Of a stretch of 64,000 bases of DNA, positions 18,583 through 27,626 are shown piece by piece (position 1 is the first letter of the stretch; the number at the start of each line of letters is the position of its first letter). The DNA lies in assembly GCA_013298545.1 (NCBI GenBank), contig JAAFIA010000007.1, positions 19,590 through 83,589 of the forward strand, in the 5' to 3' direction. A program made the position numbers and the translations under genes. This DNA comes from Bacteroidota bacterium. GTDB lineage: Bacteria; Bacteroidota; Bacteroidia; Palsa-965. The notes beneath the pieces were generated by a model. It made no database searches and was not told the DNA's origin. It saw only the letters and a program-made list of their open reading frames with translations.

Positions 18583-19665
18583 TTAGCGGGGCTTTTTGTT
18601 AATGTCTATACGCAACGAAAATACATTGGAATACAGCGCAACAGAATTGTCGCCAATATCGGTCAATGCATAGTCGATGGAAAATCCTTTTAAACGAAGA
18701 CCAAGACCCATGTTGGGTTGAATGGTTGTAACATCTTTTCCGAACACATCTTTTGCTTTTTGCAAATTGCCTAAACCCGCACGGAGATAAATGATGTCTT
18801 TGAATCCGGCTTCAATGCCCATCAAAGGCTCCATGCTCCACAAATTTGTGCGCAGCAAAACATTGCGTTTTCCGTCAAATGTATTTACGAGGTTCACCTC
18901 GCCAAGGATTGAGAATTTTTTTCCGAGCAAAAATTTACGCGATGCGCCGAGCAACAACCGCGGCAAAGTCAATTCCAATGAATTTTCGGGAATGACATTT
19001 CCTGTTGCAGCAAATACATCTTGCATTTCGGGACTTAAATCAAAACTCCAGGCATTGAAGGTTGACGTAACATCGCGCAGTGAAGCACCTAACTTCCAGT
19101 TTTTATGGTCGTACTGCATGCCTGCATCGAAGCCAAAGCCCCAAGCTCCTGCAAAATCACCAATTTTACGACGAATGATTTTAGCATTGGCTCCAAAACG
19201 CATTCCGGGTACAAACATTTTTCGCGCATACGAAAACACAAACGCATAGTCTTGTGCAGAGAATGTAGTAATGCGATCATAGTCGATATTGCCACCCGCA
19301 TCGATCAGTTGTGTCGTATTCGGAATATCGTCAACAGCAAAACGAATAACGCTTACGCCAAATGTGCTTACGCTATCTATTGGTGCTGCGATTGCGCCAT
19401 AATCGTACTTGGCAATGGATGCAAAATACTCGGCATGTTGCAAGCCAACTTGAAGGTTTGATTTAACACCCAACAAACCAGCCGGATTCCAATAACCCGA
19501 TGTAACATCATCGCACGAAGCAACTTGCGCTCCTGACATGCCAAGCGAACGCGCGCCAACGCCAATGGCTAAAAATTCGTTACTGTATTTAGGCGCTTGT
19601 GCCCAAACAGATGCAGCATGGACAAGCAGAACAGCGACAAGGATAATTTTCTTCAAGAGGCTCAT
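18583..19665 (-). CDS. porV: PorV/PorQ-family (LptO-like) T9SS outer-membrane β-barrel
   Basis: About 360–390 aa with a signal peptide and an NEFLAIGVGARSLGMSGAQVA N-terminal motif. It is adjacent to the PorU-like gene. The start was chosen at MSLLKKIILVAVLL. Confidence 0.5.
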   Translation of the reverse strand: MSLLKKIILVAVLLVHAASVWAQAPKYSNEFLAIGVGARSLGMSGAQVASCDDVTSGYWNPAGLLGVKSNLQVGLQHAEYFASIAKYDYGAIAAPIDSVSTFGVSVIRFAVDDIPNTTQLIDAGGNIDYDRITTFSAQDYAFVFSYARKMFVPGMRFGANAKIIRRKIGDFAGAWGFGFDAGMQYDHKNWKLGASLRDVTSTFNAWSFDLSPEMQDVFAATGNVIPENSLELTLPRLLLGASRKFLLGKKFSILGEVNLVNTFDGKRNVLLRTNLWSMEPLMGIEAGFKDIIYLRAGLGNLQKAKDVFGKDVTTIQPNMGLGLRLKGFSIDYALTDIGDNSVALYSNVFSLRIDINKKPR

Positions 19666-19717
19666 AAACAATTGTTTAAAAATACAGATTTTGATCCGAA
19701 CGACCAAAAACGGTTTT

Positions 19718-20656
19718 TTAACGAATATATTGTGCAAAATCGTTTGCAAACACATGCGAAAAACGCCTGCTGCCCATGCGGTTCATGTGCGAAGGGTCGG
19801 CAAAACAAGCGTCGTCGCTACACATTTCGGAATTGCTGTAATCAAACAAGCGAATGCGTTCTGCTCCGGCAAAATTGCGTACAAATTGCAACAGTGTTTC
19901 GTGGTTTGTAATATGCGCTGTCAATGCTTCATGAATGGGTGAAATCACAAACACCAATATTATGTTTCTGGCTTCACATATTTTTTTGATGCGTAGCAAT
20001 TCAGCCGGAATGTGTTTTGGAATCGTTACTTCACGATTGTACAAAGCAGTAATTTCTTGTTTCAAGGAAGAACGCACGGGTGGCAAAACAGGCGTATAAC
20101 CTTGTACAACGGTTGTGTCATACTGCCCCAACTTTCCGGTATAACCACGAATAGCGGCATTGATGTAACGCGTTCCGAAATAAGGCATGCTGTATGGTGC
20201 AACGTATTTGAACAAAGGAAAACGAGCATCGCGTTTGGAAATTCCTTCTTGCAATTTTTTATTCGCGAGGTAAGGGAAATAACGCGGAAACAAATACACC
20301 GTATCGGGCGGATGATCGAAGGTATGCCAATCGACATTGAGTACAACGTATTGCGGCGGTGGGCTGTTTTCGAGATACGCTTCGAATGTGGTAGCAATGA
20401 AGGGTAAGGTTGCGCCACTCATACCGATATTGAATGTTTTCAATCCGGTGGCGGAATCAAATGCGGGAGGATAGCAATGACCTTCGGCGCGTGATGAGCC
20501 GATGATTAAAATATCGCAGGGTGTTTTTTCGAGAAAGGCTTGACGCAAACGGGCAAACTCGCCTTGTTTATTTTTTCGCACACCCGTATAGAGCACTTCG
20601 CGCACAGCATAAAGCAGCGCGAGTGTGAGGACGGAATAAATCAGTGCGCGTTTCAT
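19718..20656 (-). CDS. DltD/AlgJ-like SGNH-fold partner protein of the MBOAT acyltransferase
   Basis: 312 aa with an N-terminal TM anchor and the motif ILIIGSSRAEG (GDS-like). Its start overlaps the MBOAT stop, which suggests translational coupling. Confidence 0.45.
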   Translation of the reverse strand: MKRALIYSVLTLALLYAVREVLYTGVRKNKQGEFARLRQAFLEKTPCDILIIGSSRAEGHCYPPAFDSATGLKTFNIGMSGATLPFIATTFEAYLENSPPPQYVVLNVDWHTFDHPPDTVYLFPRYFPYLANKKLQEGISKRDARFPLFKYVAPYSMPYFGTRYINAAIRGYTGKLGQYDTTVVQGYTPVLPPVRSSLKQEITALYNREVTIPKHIPAELLRIKKICEARNIILVFVISPIHEALTAHITNHETLLQFVRNFAGAERIRLFDYSNSEMCSDDACFADPSHMNRMGSRRFSHVFANDFAQYIR

Positions 20657-22074
20657 CAGAAGTGAAAATAGATAAATTCATTGGCACTAAACTGCCCCAG
20701 TGTAAATAAGAGCAGAACAAGCACGACATAAAACATGGGTCGAAGAAACGTTATGTACACCTTGGATTTTTTTTCGGGCGAAAATTCTTCGTGTGCTTCT
20801 TTTGCAAAAAGTAAAGCGATCATCAACCCCGCTAAGGCGAGTGGAAACAAATCGTTTAAATAACGCAATTCCCAAAACGCTCTGGTGATGTGCCAATCGA
20901 AACTAAAAATGCGTTCGTAAAAAACACCTAAATCGTGCGTGGATTGGGCGCGGAAGGCAATGAGCGAAAGTGTATGAAAAGTAAGGAGGTAAATCCAACC
21001 CGCCCAGCGCAGTCGTTTCAATGCGCCAAAGCGCTCCACAACAAGTATTTCGATGATGTAAAAAACACCATGCATCGCGCCCCAAAGCACAAACGTCCAT
21101 GCTGGCCCATGCCAAAATCCACTGATGATAAACGTGAGAAATAAATTGAGCAACCAACGCGGACGCGAACAACGGCTTCCACCCAAACCGATATACAAAT
21201 AATCGCGAAACCAAGTAGTCATCGAAATGTGATTGCGTGTCCAAAATTCGCGCAGCGATGTTGACAACAGTGGCCGTTTCCAGTTGAGTTGCAATTCAAC
21301 CCCAAAGAAACGCGCTACACCAGTAGCGATATCCGTATAACCTGAAAAATCGGCATACACTTGCACCACAAAAAAGAATCCGGCAACCAACAAAGTCAAG
21401 CCCTGATAGGTTTCCGGCGCATCGAAAACAGGATTAACAAAATCGGCAAGCCGATCGGCGATCGCAATTTTTTTGAAAAATCCCCAGACAATTAATCGTA
21501 CCGATCTAAAAAAAACAGCTTCGTTTAACGGTTTTGGCTGAAGTAATTGCGGCATCAAATTGCCGTAACGCTCTACCGGCCCTGCAACAAGTTGTGGAAA
21601 GAACGAAACATACAATGCAAAATTGGTCAGGCTTTTTTCGGGCTTTTGTTTGTTTCGATAAATATCAATCGTGTAACTCATCGACTGAAATGTATAGAAC
21701 GACAAACCAGCAGGGATCACCCAATTTTGAATCAAGTTGTTGGTCGATCCAAAAAGTTCCATTCCCGTATTCCAAAATAACGCACCGTATTTAAAAACGG
21801 CCAATACACCGAGATTGATCGCCACACTTAAGACCAACCATTTTTTGCGCGTGGGTGGTGTTGCTGAAAGACTAATCTGTTGTCCAATAAAAAAATCGAA
21901 ACACGTGGTGGCGAGCAGCAAAATGGCAAACCAAGGATGAACGAAACTGTAAAAAAAATAACTTGCGCCGAGGAGGAAATAATTTCGAAAATCACCATCA
22001 AGCAATCGCCAGACCAGCAATACAAGTGGAAAAAATAAAAGAAAAGAAAGGGAATTGAATTGCATAGGCGACAA
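20656..22074 (-). CDS. MBOAT-family membrane-bound O-acyltransferase (AlgI/DltB-like)
   Basis: 472-aa polytopic membrane protein with the conserved His region FWHGPAWTFVLWG. Confidence 0.8.
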   Translation of the reverse strand: MSPMQFNSLSFLLFFPLVLLVWRLLDGDFRNYFLLGASYFFYSFVHPWFAILLLATTCFDFFIGQQISLSATPPTRKKWLVLSVAINLGVLAVFKYGALFWNTGMELFGSTNNLIQNWVIPAGLSFYTFQSMSYTIDIYRNKQKPEKSLTNFALYVSFFPQLVAGPVERYGNLMPQLLQPKPLNEAVFFRSVRLIVWGFFKKIAIADRLADFVNPVFDAPETYQGLTLLVAGFFFVVQVYADFSGYTDIATGVARFFGVELQLNWKRPLLSTSLREFWTRNHISMTTWFRDYLYIGLGGSRCSRPRWLLNLFLTFIISGFWHGPAWTFVLWGAMHGVFYIIEILVVERFGALKRLRWAGWIYLLTFHTLSLIAFRAQSTHDLGVFYERIFSFDWHITRAFWELRYLNDLFPLALAGLMIALLFAKEAHEEFSPEKKSKVYITFLRPMFYVVLVLLLFTLGQFSANEFIYFHF

Positions 22075-22301
22075 CTACAAAGCTAGGAAATGTCGGGCAA
22101 GAAATTCCGGTTACAAATGTTTGCCAGCGTAATAAAAAACGGCAAGCCAAACCAATCCTTTAATCAGGAAAAATAAAAACCCGAGCAATCCGATGCGTTT
22201 GAGATAAAGGATAATGCGGTCGCGGTTCATCACGCAAATATAGGTATTGCGCCTCAAGAAAGATACGGTTCAAAAAGTCGATTATTCAAAAAGATTAACC
22301 C

Positions 22302-23258
22302 TTAAATCGCAGGCGCATTCAGCACGGCGCAAATTTTATGCGCCAAAACCTCCCCGATTTTTTGGTGGCTTTCAAAAGTCCATCCCGCAATGTGTGGCGT
22401 AAGGATAACGCGATCTGATTGAATGAGGTATTGGAAAGGTTCGGGTAATTGCGATGCATCCAAATCTTCAAACGAAATTTTCTCATATTCCAACACATCG
22501 AGACAAGCCCCCCGCACCGTCCCGCGCTCCACATGTTTTACCAAATCTGCTGTATTCAACACTTTCCCACGCGAGGTATTGATGAGCCAAATGGATTTTT
22601 CAAATCGACTCAAAAACGCATCATCGATCATGTATTGCGTTTCCTCTGTAAGCGGAACATGCACACTCAATACATCCGCCTCTTTAAAAATCGTTTGCAA
22701 TTCAACTTCCTCAACACCATCGCCACCAAATCCTTTTTTGTATTTATCGTACACGAGCACCCGCACACCAAACCCGCGTAGGCGCTGCACAAATGCCGTT
22801 CCCATATTTCCGTAACCAATTACGCCAACTGTTTTTCCACCCAATTCATATCCCCGATTACCTTCGCGAATCCAAATGCCCTTGCGCACTTCCCGATCTG
22901 CTCTGCACACATTGTTCATCAACGCCAATAACATCCCTATTGCTTGTTCGCCAACAGCATCGCGGTTTCCTTCGGGCGCATGTACACAACGAATGCCTTT
23001 GCTTTCGGCATAAGCCACATCGATATTTTCCATGCCCGCACCCGCGCGTGCAATGCAACGCAACGTTGTACCCGCATCGATAAATGCCGCATCGAGTTTA
23101 AACCGGCTACGAATAACAACCGCTTGATAATTGGGAAGTATGTTGAGCACATCTGCTTTGGGCAAATCGTAACACGCTTCGCAAACAAAACCTGCTTGTT
23201 GAAGCACGTCCATCATCACCGGATGATTGCTATCGAGAAATAAAATACGCGGCTTCAT
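22302..23258 (-). CDS. D-isomer-specific 2-hydroxyacid dehydrogenase (PGDH-like)
   Basis: Contains GVIGYGNMG (NAD-binding GxGxxG) and the catalytic-domain architecture. 318 aa. Confidence 0.75.
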   Translation of the reverse strand: MKPRILFLDSNHPVMMDVLQQAGFVCEACYDLPKADVLNILPNYQAVVIRSRFKLDAAFIDAGTTLRCIARAGAGMENIDVAYAESKGIRCVHAPEGNRDAVGEQAIGMLLALMNNVCRADREVRKGIWIREGNRGYELGGKTVGVIGYGNMGTAFVQRLRGFGVRVLVYDKYKKGFGGDGVEEVELQTIFKEADVLSVHVPLTEETQYMIDDAFLSRFEKSIWLINTSRGKVLNTADLVKHVERGTVRGACLDVLEYEKISFEDLDASQLPEPFQYLIQSDRVILTPHIAGWTFESHQKIGEVLAHKICAVLNAPAI

Positions 23259-23259
23259 G

Positions 23260-24654
23260 TTAAAGCAATGATCCTTCTAGTAAAGCAACAGCAGCAGTGA
23301 AGTAAATAATCAATCCCGTTACATCCACTAAGGTTGCAACAAACGGCGCCGAAGCAACCGCCGGATCGAATCCTAAACGTTTTAAAAGCAAAGGCAACAA
23401 CGATCCAGTAAGACAACCCAACAACACCACACTCAGCAACGAAATACCAACCGTTATGCCAATGAGTGGCCAATGCGGACCATAATCTTCTACAAAATTG
23501 GACCATAGAGCAACACGGAGAAAACCAATCACACCAAGGATAGAACCAAGTACAAAACCCGATAAAAATTCTTTCCGCGTAATGCGCCACCAATCGCTGA
23601 TTTTAATTTCGCCCAAAGCCAGCGCACGAATGATGAGCGAAGTTGCTTGCGAACCACTATTTCCTCCACTCGAAATAATCAATGGAACAAAAATGGCAAG
23701 TATGACCGCGCGATGAATCTGATCTTCAAAAAAACTCATGGCCGAAGCCGTCAATGTTTCGCCCACAAAAAGCACAATCAACCAACCCACACGCTTGCGA
23801 ATCATTTGCCAGAATGGCGTTGTCATGTAGGGCTCTTCGAGTGCTTCCACACCACCCATTTTCTGAACGTCTTCCGTATTCTCTTCACGCATCACGTCAA
23901 CCACATCATCAACCGTAATGCGACCAACTAAGCGACCAAGACTATCTACAACTGGCGTTACCACCAAATCGTATTTATCCATGAGCTTGGCCACTTCTTC
24001 GGCAGGCGTGTTGGTACGCACACTATACACTTCTGGATCGTATATCTCTTTAACAGGCGTACTGAGTGGCTTGGTCAACAAACTTTTCAGCGAAAGCAAA
24101 CCAACCAAACGATCTTCCTCATCAACAACATAAATGGTATAAATCGTTTCAACTTCTTCGGCTTGCCGACGCATTTCGCGCACAGCTTCGCGAATGGTAA
24201 CATGCACATGCACCTTGACCAATTCTTTCCCCATCAAACCACCCGCCGAATCGGGGTCGTAATTGAGGAGATCGACAATATCACTGGCTTGGCCTAAATC
24301 TTCAACGTGCGAAAGAACCTCGTCTTGTTGCGCGTCGGGAAGATCAGCTAGAACGTCGGCAGCATCATCCGAATTTAGATTATCGATGAGTTGCTCGGCA
24401 ATTTCTTGCGGCGTAAGGCTTTCTAAGACGGCTTCGCGGTTATCATCTTCGAGCAAGAGCAAAGCTTCGGCGGCAACCTCTTCTTCGAGGCAGCCATACG
24501 CCATAACAATCTCGTCTTGTTCGAGTGAATTTAAAACTTCGGCAGCATCGGCCGGATGGAGTTCTTTCAGTTGATCGCGCACGAAATCCAGATCGCCCGA
24601 AGTGAGGGCAATACGCAGATCGTCGAGGTAAACATCACTGAGTTGAAAAGCCAT
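23260..24654 (-). CDS. mgtE: Magnesium transporter MgtE
   Basis: 464 aa with an MgtE N-domain, tandem CBS domains and a C-terminal TM domain. Confidence 0.85.
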   Translation of the reverse strand: MAFQLSDVYLDDLRIALTSGDLDFVRDQLKELHPADAAEVLNSLEQDEIVMAYGCLEEEVAAEALLLLEDDNREAVLESLTPQEIAEQLIDNLNSDDAADVLADLPDAQQDEVLSHVEDLGQASDIVDLLNYDPDSAGGLMGKELVKVHVHVTIREAVREMRRQAEEVETIYTIYVVDEEDRLVGLLSLKSLLTKPLSTPVKEIYDPEVYSVRTNTPAEEVAKLMDKYDLVVTPVVDSLGRLVGRITVDDVVDVMREENTEDVQKMGGVEALEEPYMTTPFWQMIRKRVGWLIVLFVGETLTASAMSFFEDQIHRAVILAIFVPLIISSGGNSGSQATSLIIRALALGEIKISDWWRITRKEFLSGFVLGSILGVIGFLRVALWSNFVEDYGPHWPLIGITVGISLLSVVLLGCLTGSLLPLLLKRLGFDPAVASAPFVATLVDVTGLIIYFTAAVALLEGSLL

Positions 24655-24775
24655 ACGGAAGAACGGAAAAAATGATTTGCCGAGATCCTGCGCTCAAAAG
24701 CGGTGCAAAGGTAGGGCTTTTGCGGAAAGATTGTGTTAAGCCTAAAAATTGCTTATTGCTCTTAATCGAAATCGG

Positions 24776-25357
24776 TTATTCCTGACCAGCGCGAATCCAT
24801 TTCGGAACTTCAGGTGCTTGATACGTTTCCATTTGTTGCAATAAATCTGCGGGATCATTACTAACGAGCAACATGCGTTGATTGATTGCTTTGAGCAATC
24901 CTTTATCAACCATTGTTTGGATGAATGCCAGTAATTCGTTGTAATACCCATCGGTATTGAGCAAGCCAATTGGTTTTTGATGCAAACCCAATTGTGCCCA
25001 AGTCAACATTTCGAATAATTCTTCTAGTGTTCCAAAGCCGCCCGGAAGGGCGATGATGCCGTCGCTCAATGCACTCATTTTCATTTTGCGTTCGTGCATG
25101 CTTTCGACCAAAATCAATTCTGTCAACTGCTCGTGCGCAACTTCTTTGGAGCTTAAAAAATGAGGCAATACACCAATGACTGTTCCTTGGTGTTTCAAAA
25201 CGGCATCGGCCACAGCGCCCATGAGACCGATTTTAGCACCGCCATACACCAATCCGATATTTTTCTGAGCAAGCAAGGCGCCGAGTTCGTGCGCTTGCCT
25301 TTCATACTTTTTTTCTGTGCCAAAACTTGATCCGCAAAAGACAACAATACGTTTCAT
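24776..25357 (-). CDS. LOG-family cytokinin riboside 5'-monophosphate phosphoribohydrolase-like protein
   Basis: Contains VYGGAKIGLMG and PGGFGTLEE, the PGGxGTxxE signature. 193 aa. Confidence 0.8.
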   Translation of the reverse strand: MKRIVVFCGSSFGTEKKYERQAHELGALLAQKNIGLVYGGAKIGLMGAVADAVLKHQGTVIGVLPHFLSSKEVAHEQLTELILVESMHERKMKMSALSDGIIALPGGFGTLEELFEMLTWAQLGLHQKPIGLLNTDGYYNELLAFIQTMVDKGLLKAINQRMLLVSNDPADLLQQMETYQAPEVPKWIRAGQE

Positions 25358-25358
25358 G

Positions 25359-26153
25359 TTAATCGGTTTTGAGTTCGTTGTTGCGTTCGAGCATATTGGT
25401 CAATGCCACAAAATCGGCAACCGAAAGACGTTCGGCGCGCAAGGTAAAAACCGGATCACCAATAAATTCAGGTTTTACCCGAAACGCATGAAGCGCATTG
25501 CGCAATGTTTTACGCCGTTGATTGAAGGCTGCTTTCACAACGGCAACAAATAAGGTTTCATCGCAAGCCAATGCGCTAGTCGCATTTCTACGCAAACGAA
25601 TAACGGCTGACTTTACTTTAGGCGGTGGCGAAAAAACGTGTTCGTGAACGGTAAACAAATAACTGATATCGTACCAAGCTTGAAGCAAGACACTGAGAAT
25701 ACCATACGTTTTTGAGCCGGGTTTTGCCGCAACGCGCTCGGCTACTTCTTTTTGAAACATGCCCGCACATTCGGGAACACGGTGGCGGTTTTCGAGTACC
25801 CGAAATAAAATTTGCGAAGAAATATTGTAGGGGAAATTTCCAATCACCGCAAATGGCTCATTATTGAATTGTGTATCCAAGTCGAAGCGTAAGAAATCGC
25901 CGGAGATGATGCGCGGGCGCAATTCGGGATAATGTTCTTCGAGATAAGCAACCGAATCGCGATCCAGTTCAATCACGGAAGTTTCAATGTCTTCGCGCGT
26001 AAGCAAGTGTTTGGTCAAAACACCCATGCCCGGACCAATTTCGAGCACGTGGCGGTATTGCCCATTGGGTTCAAGTGTCTGCGAAATTTTTCGCGCGATG
26101 TTTTCATCGCGAAGAAAATGTTGGCCGAGGTGTTTTTTGGCGCGTACCGTCAT
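25359..26153 (-). CDS. rsmA: 16S rRNA (adenine1518/1519-N6)-dimethyltransferase
   Basis: KHLGQHFLRDENIARKI is the KsgA N-terminus. 264 aa. Confidence 0.9.
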   Translation of the reverse strand: MTVRAKKHLGQHFLRDENIARKISQTLEPNGQYRHVLEIGPGMGVLTKHLLTREDIETSVIELDRDSVAYLEEHYPELRPRIISGDFLRFDLDTQFNNEPFAVIGNFPYNISSQILFRVLENRHRVPECAGMFQKEVAERVAAKPGSKTYGILSVLLQAWYDISYLFTVHEHVFSPPPKVKSAVIRLRRNATSALACDETLFVAVVKAAFNQRRKTLRNALHAFRVKPEFIGDPVFTLRAERLSVADFVALTNMLERNNELKTD

Positions 26154-26156
26154 GTG

Positions 26157-27107
26157 TTAATTCCAAATTTTTTCTTTGTCCCAATCCGTATAAAAACCCA
26201 TTTTCTGAATGTCGATATCGGGATATTGCTCAAATAATAGTTGCAAGCGTGATTTCAATGTATTATGCATCGAAGTCGATTTCACCAGCTGTTGAAGGCA
26301 ACACAACGTTACAAACAATTTCCGAACATCGATAGGGATATTTGCATCTATCAGTCTTCTATTTTTTTTAGTGGGTAACATGGGTTGTTTTACCAAATTC
26401 CGTCGCCAAAGCAATCCATGGTGAGCACAAATATTTCTGATATAACTCAATGCTGCCAACCAAGACTCCAAATAATCAGGAATCGTCCCAAAATAACTAG
26501 CAATGTTTCTTTTTTCTTCCGAAGATTTTAGCTGCTTATAGATCTTAGAAAGTTTCCCAAACGAAATTGACTCCATCGTGATCCAAGATGGTGGCAATTC
26601 GGCATTGGGTGGAATGGAATAATGATTGAAATACTGTTTCACAAACGGATGGTCGCAATCTTTGTGGCAATCTGTTTTAATGAATGAAATCAAATCATCG
26701 TGTGAATCGTAACCCGTTGTTTGATCGATGATTTTCACAACAAAATTCGCTTTGTCCAAAAACCAAGTTGCCCCATGGCGAAGCGAATAGACATTGACCA
26801 ATTGTGTACGAAGGGCAATTTCGATTTGACTAGTATAGTCAAATATCAGCAAGCGCATGGCAAAGTCAAAATCGTAGAGTTGGATAACCTTATCGAAATG
26901 CGTAGCTGGTTTAAATTCTTTTTTAAAACCTGTATCTTGTTGTGGCAGATAAAAGGAAACAAAATAGGATTTAAGCCTTTGGTAACTAATCCGATTTAAC
27001 TGTTTTTCGATGGTTTTCAAATCGGCATCCGTTTCGATGCTCAATTTTCTGGTTTTAAGAAGTTCAATCTGTTCTGCGATTGACAAAGGTGGCTTTGAAT
27101 ACAACAT
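26157..27107 (-). CDS. Abi_2-family abortive infection protein (AbiD/AbiF-like)
   Basis: The N-terminus LSIAEQIELLKTRKLSI matches the Abi_2 pattern. About 316 aa. The gene is AT-rich compared with its neighbours. Confidence 0.65.
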   Translation of the reverse strand: MLYSKPPLSIAEQIELLKTRKLSIETDADLKTIEKQLNRISYQRLKSYFVSFYLPQQDTGFKKEFKPATHFDKVIQLYDFDFAMRLLIFDYTSQIEIALRTQLVNVYSLRHGATWFLDKANFVVKIIDQTTGYDSHDDLISFIKTDCHKDCDHPFVKQYFNHYSIPPNAELPPSWITMESISFGKLSKIYKQLKSSEEKRNIASYFGTIPDYLESWLAALSYIRNICAHHGLLWRRNLVKQPMLPTKKNRRLIDANIPIDVRKLFVTLCCLQQLVKSTSMHNTLKSRLQLLFEQYPDIDIQKMGFYTDWDKEKIWN

Positions 27108-27308
27108 AAAAAATCAATAAATAAACAATAACACAAAATCTAGTACCTATCTCTATATAAAAAAAAGAAGCCTAACTGATGCGCATGTTTGGAGAACCAA
27201 ACCTAGGCGTGTTAGGCGTTGTTGATGCAAATGTACTACTTTTTTTGATCCATGCAAGTTTTTTTTCGTTTTTTTTTGCGTTTGGGAGGCATTGATTGTA
27301 AAATACAA

Positions 27309-27611
27309 TCAATCTATTTTTTCCAACAAGGTCCGAAAGGCAACAAATTTTTCTTTGTACCGCTCGGTGTGTTCTTGCTGCAAGCGCGGCATAAACTGAT
27401 CGCGGTAACGAACAATATCATCCATGCTGTTTGCTTGATACTGTATGGAATACGAAGTGCCTTGTTCTTCTTCGACCAAAACTTTAAAGATATTCCCTTG
27501 TATAAAACAACCAGTTGCAACCACATCTGGAATGTGTATAGTTTTCATCCAGTGCAGCCATTCTTCGCGCACACTGTTATCGATATTGACGGTAACGTTA
27601 TAAATAATCAT
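27309..27611 (-). CDS. DUF4286-family protein
   Basis: 100 aa starting MIIYNVTVNID. This family is commonly found next to mutS in Bacteroidota. Confidence 0.55.
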   Translation of the reverse strand: MIIYNVTVNIDNSVREEWLHWMKTIHIPDVVATGCFIQGNIFKVLVEEEQGTSYSIQYQANSMDDIVRYRDQFMPRLQQEHTERYKEKFVAFRTLLEKID

Positions 27612-27626
27612 AGTTAGAAATATTAA

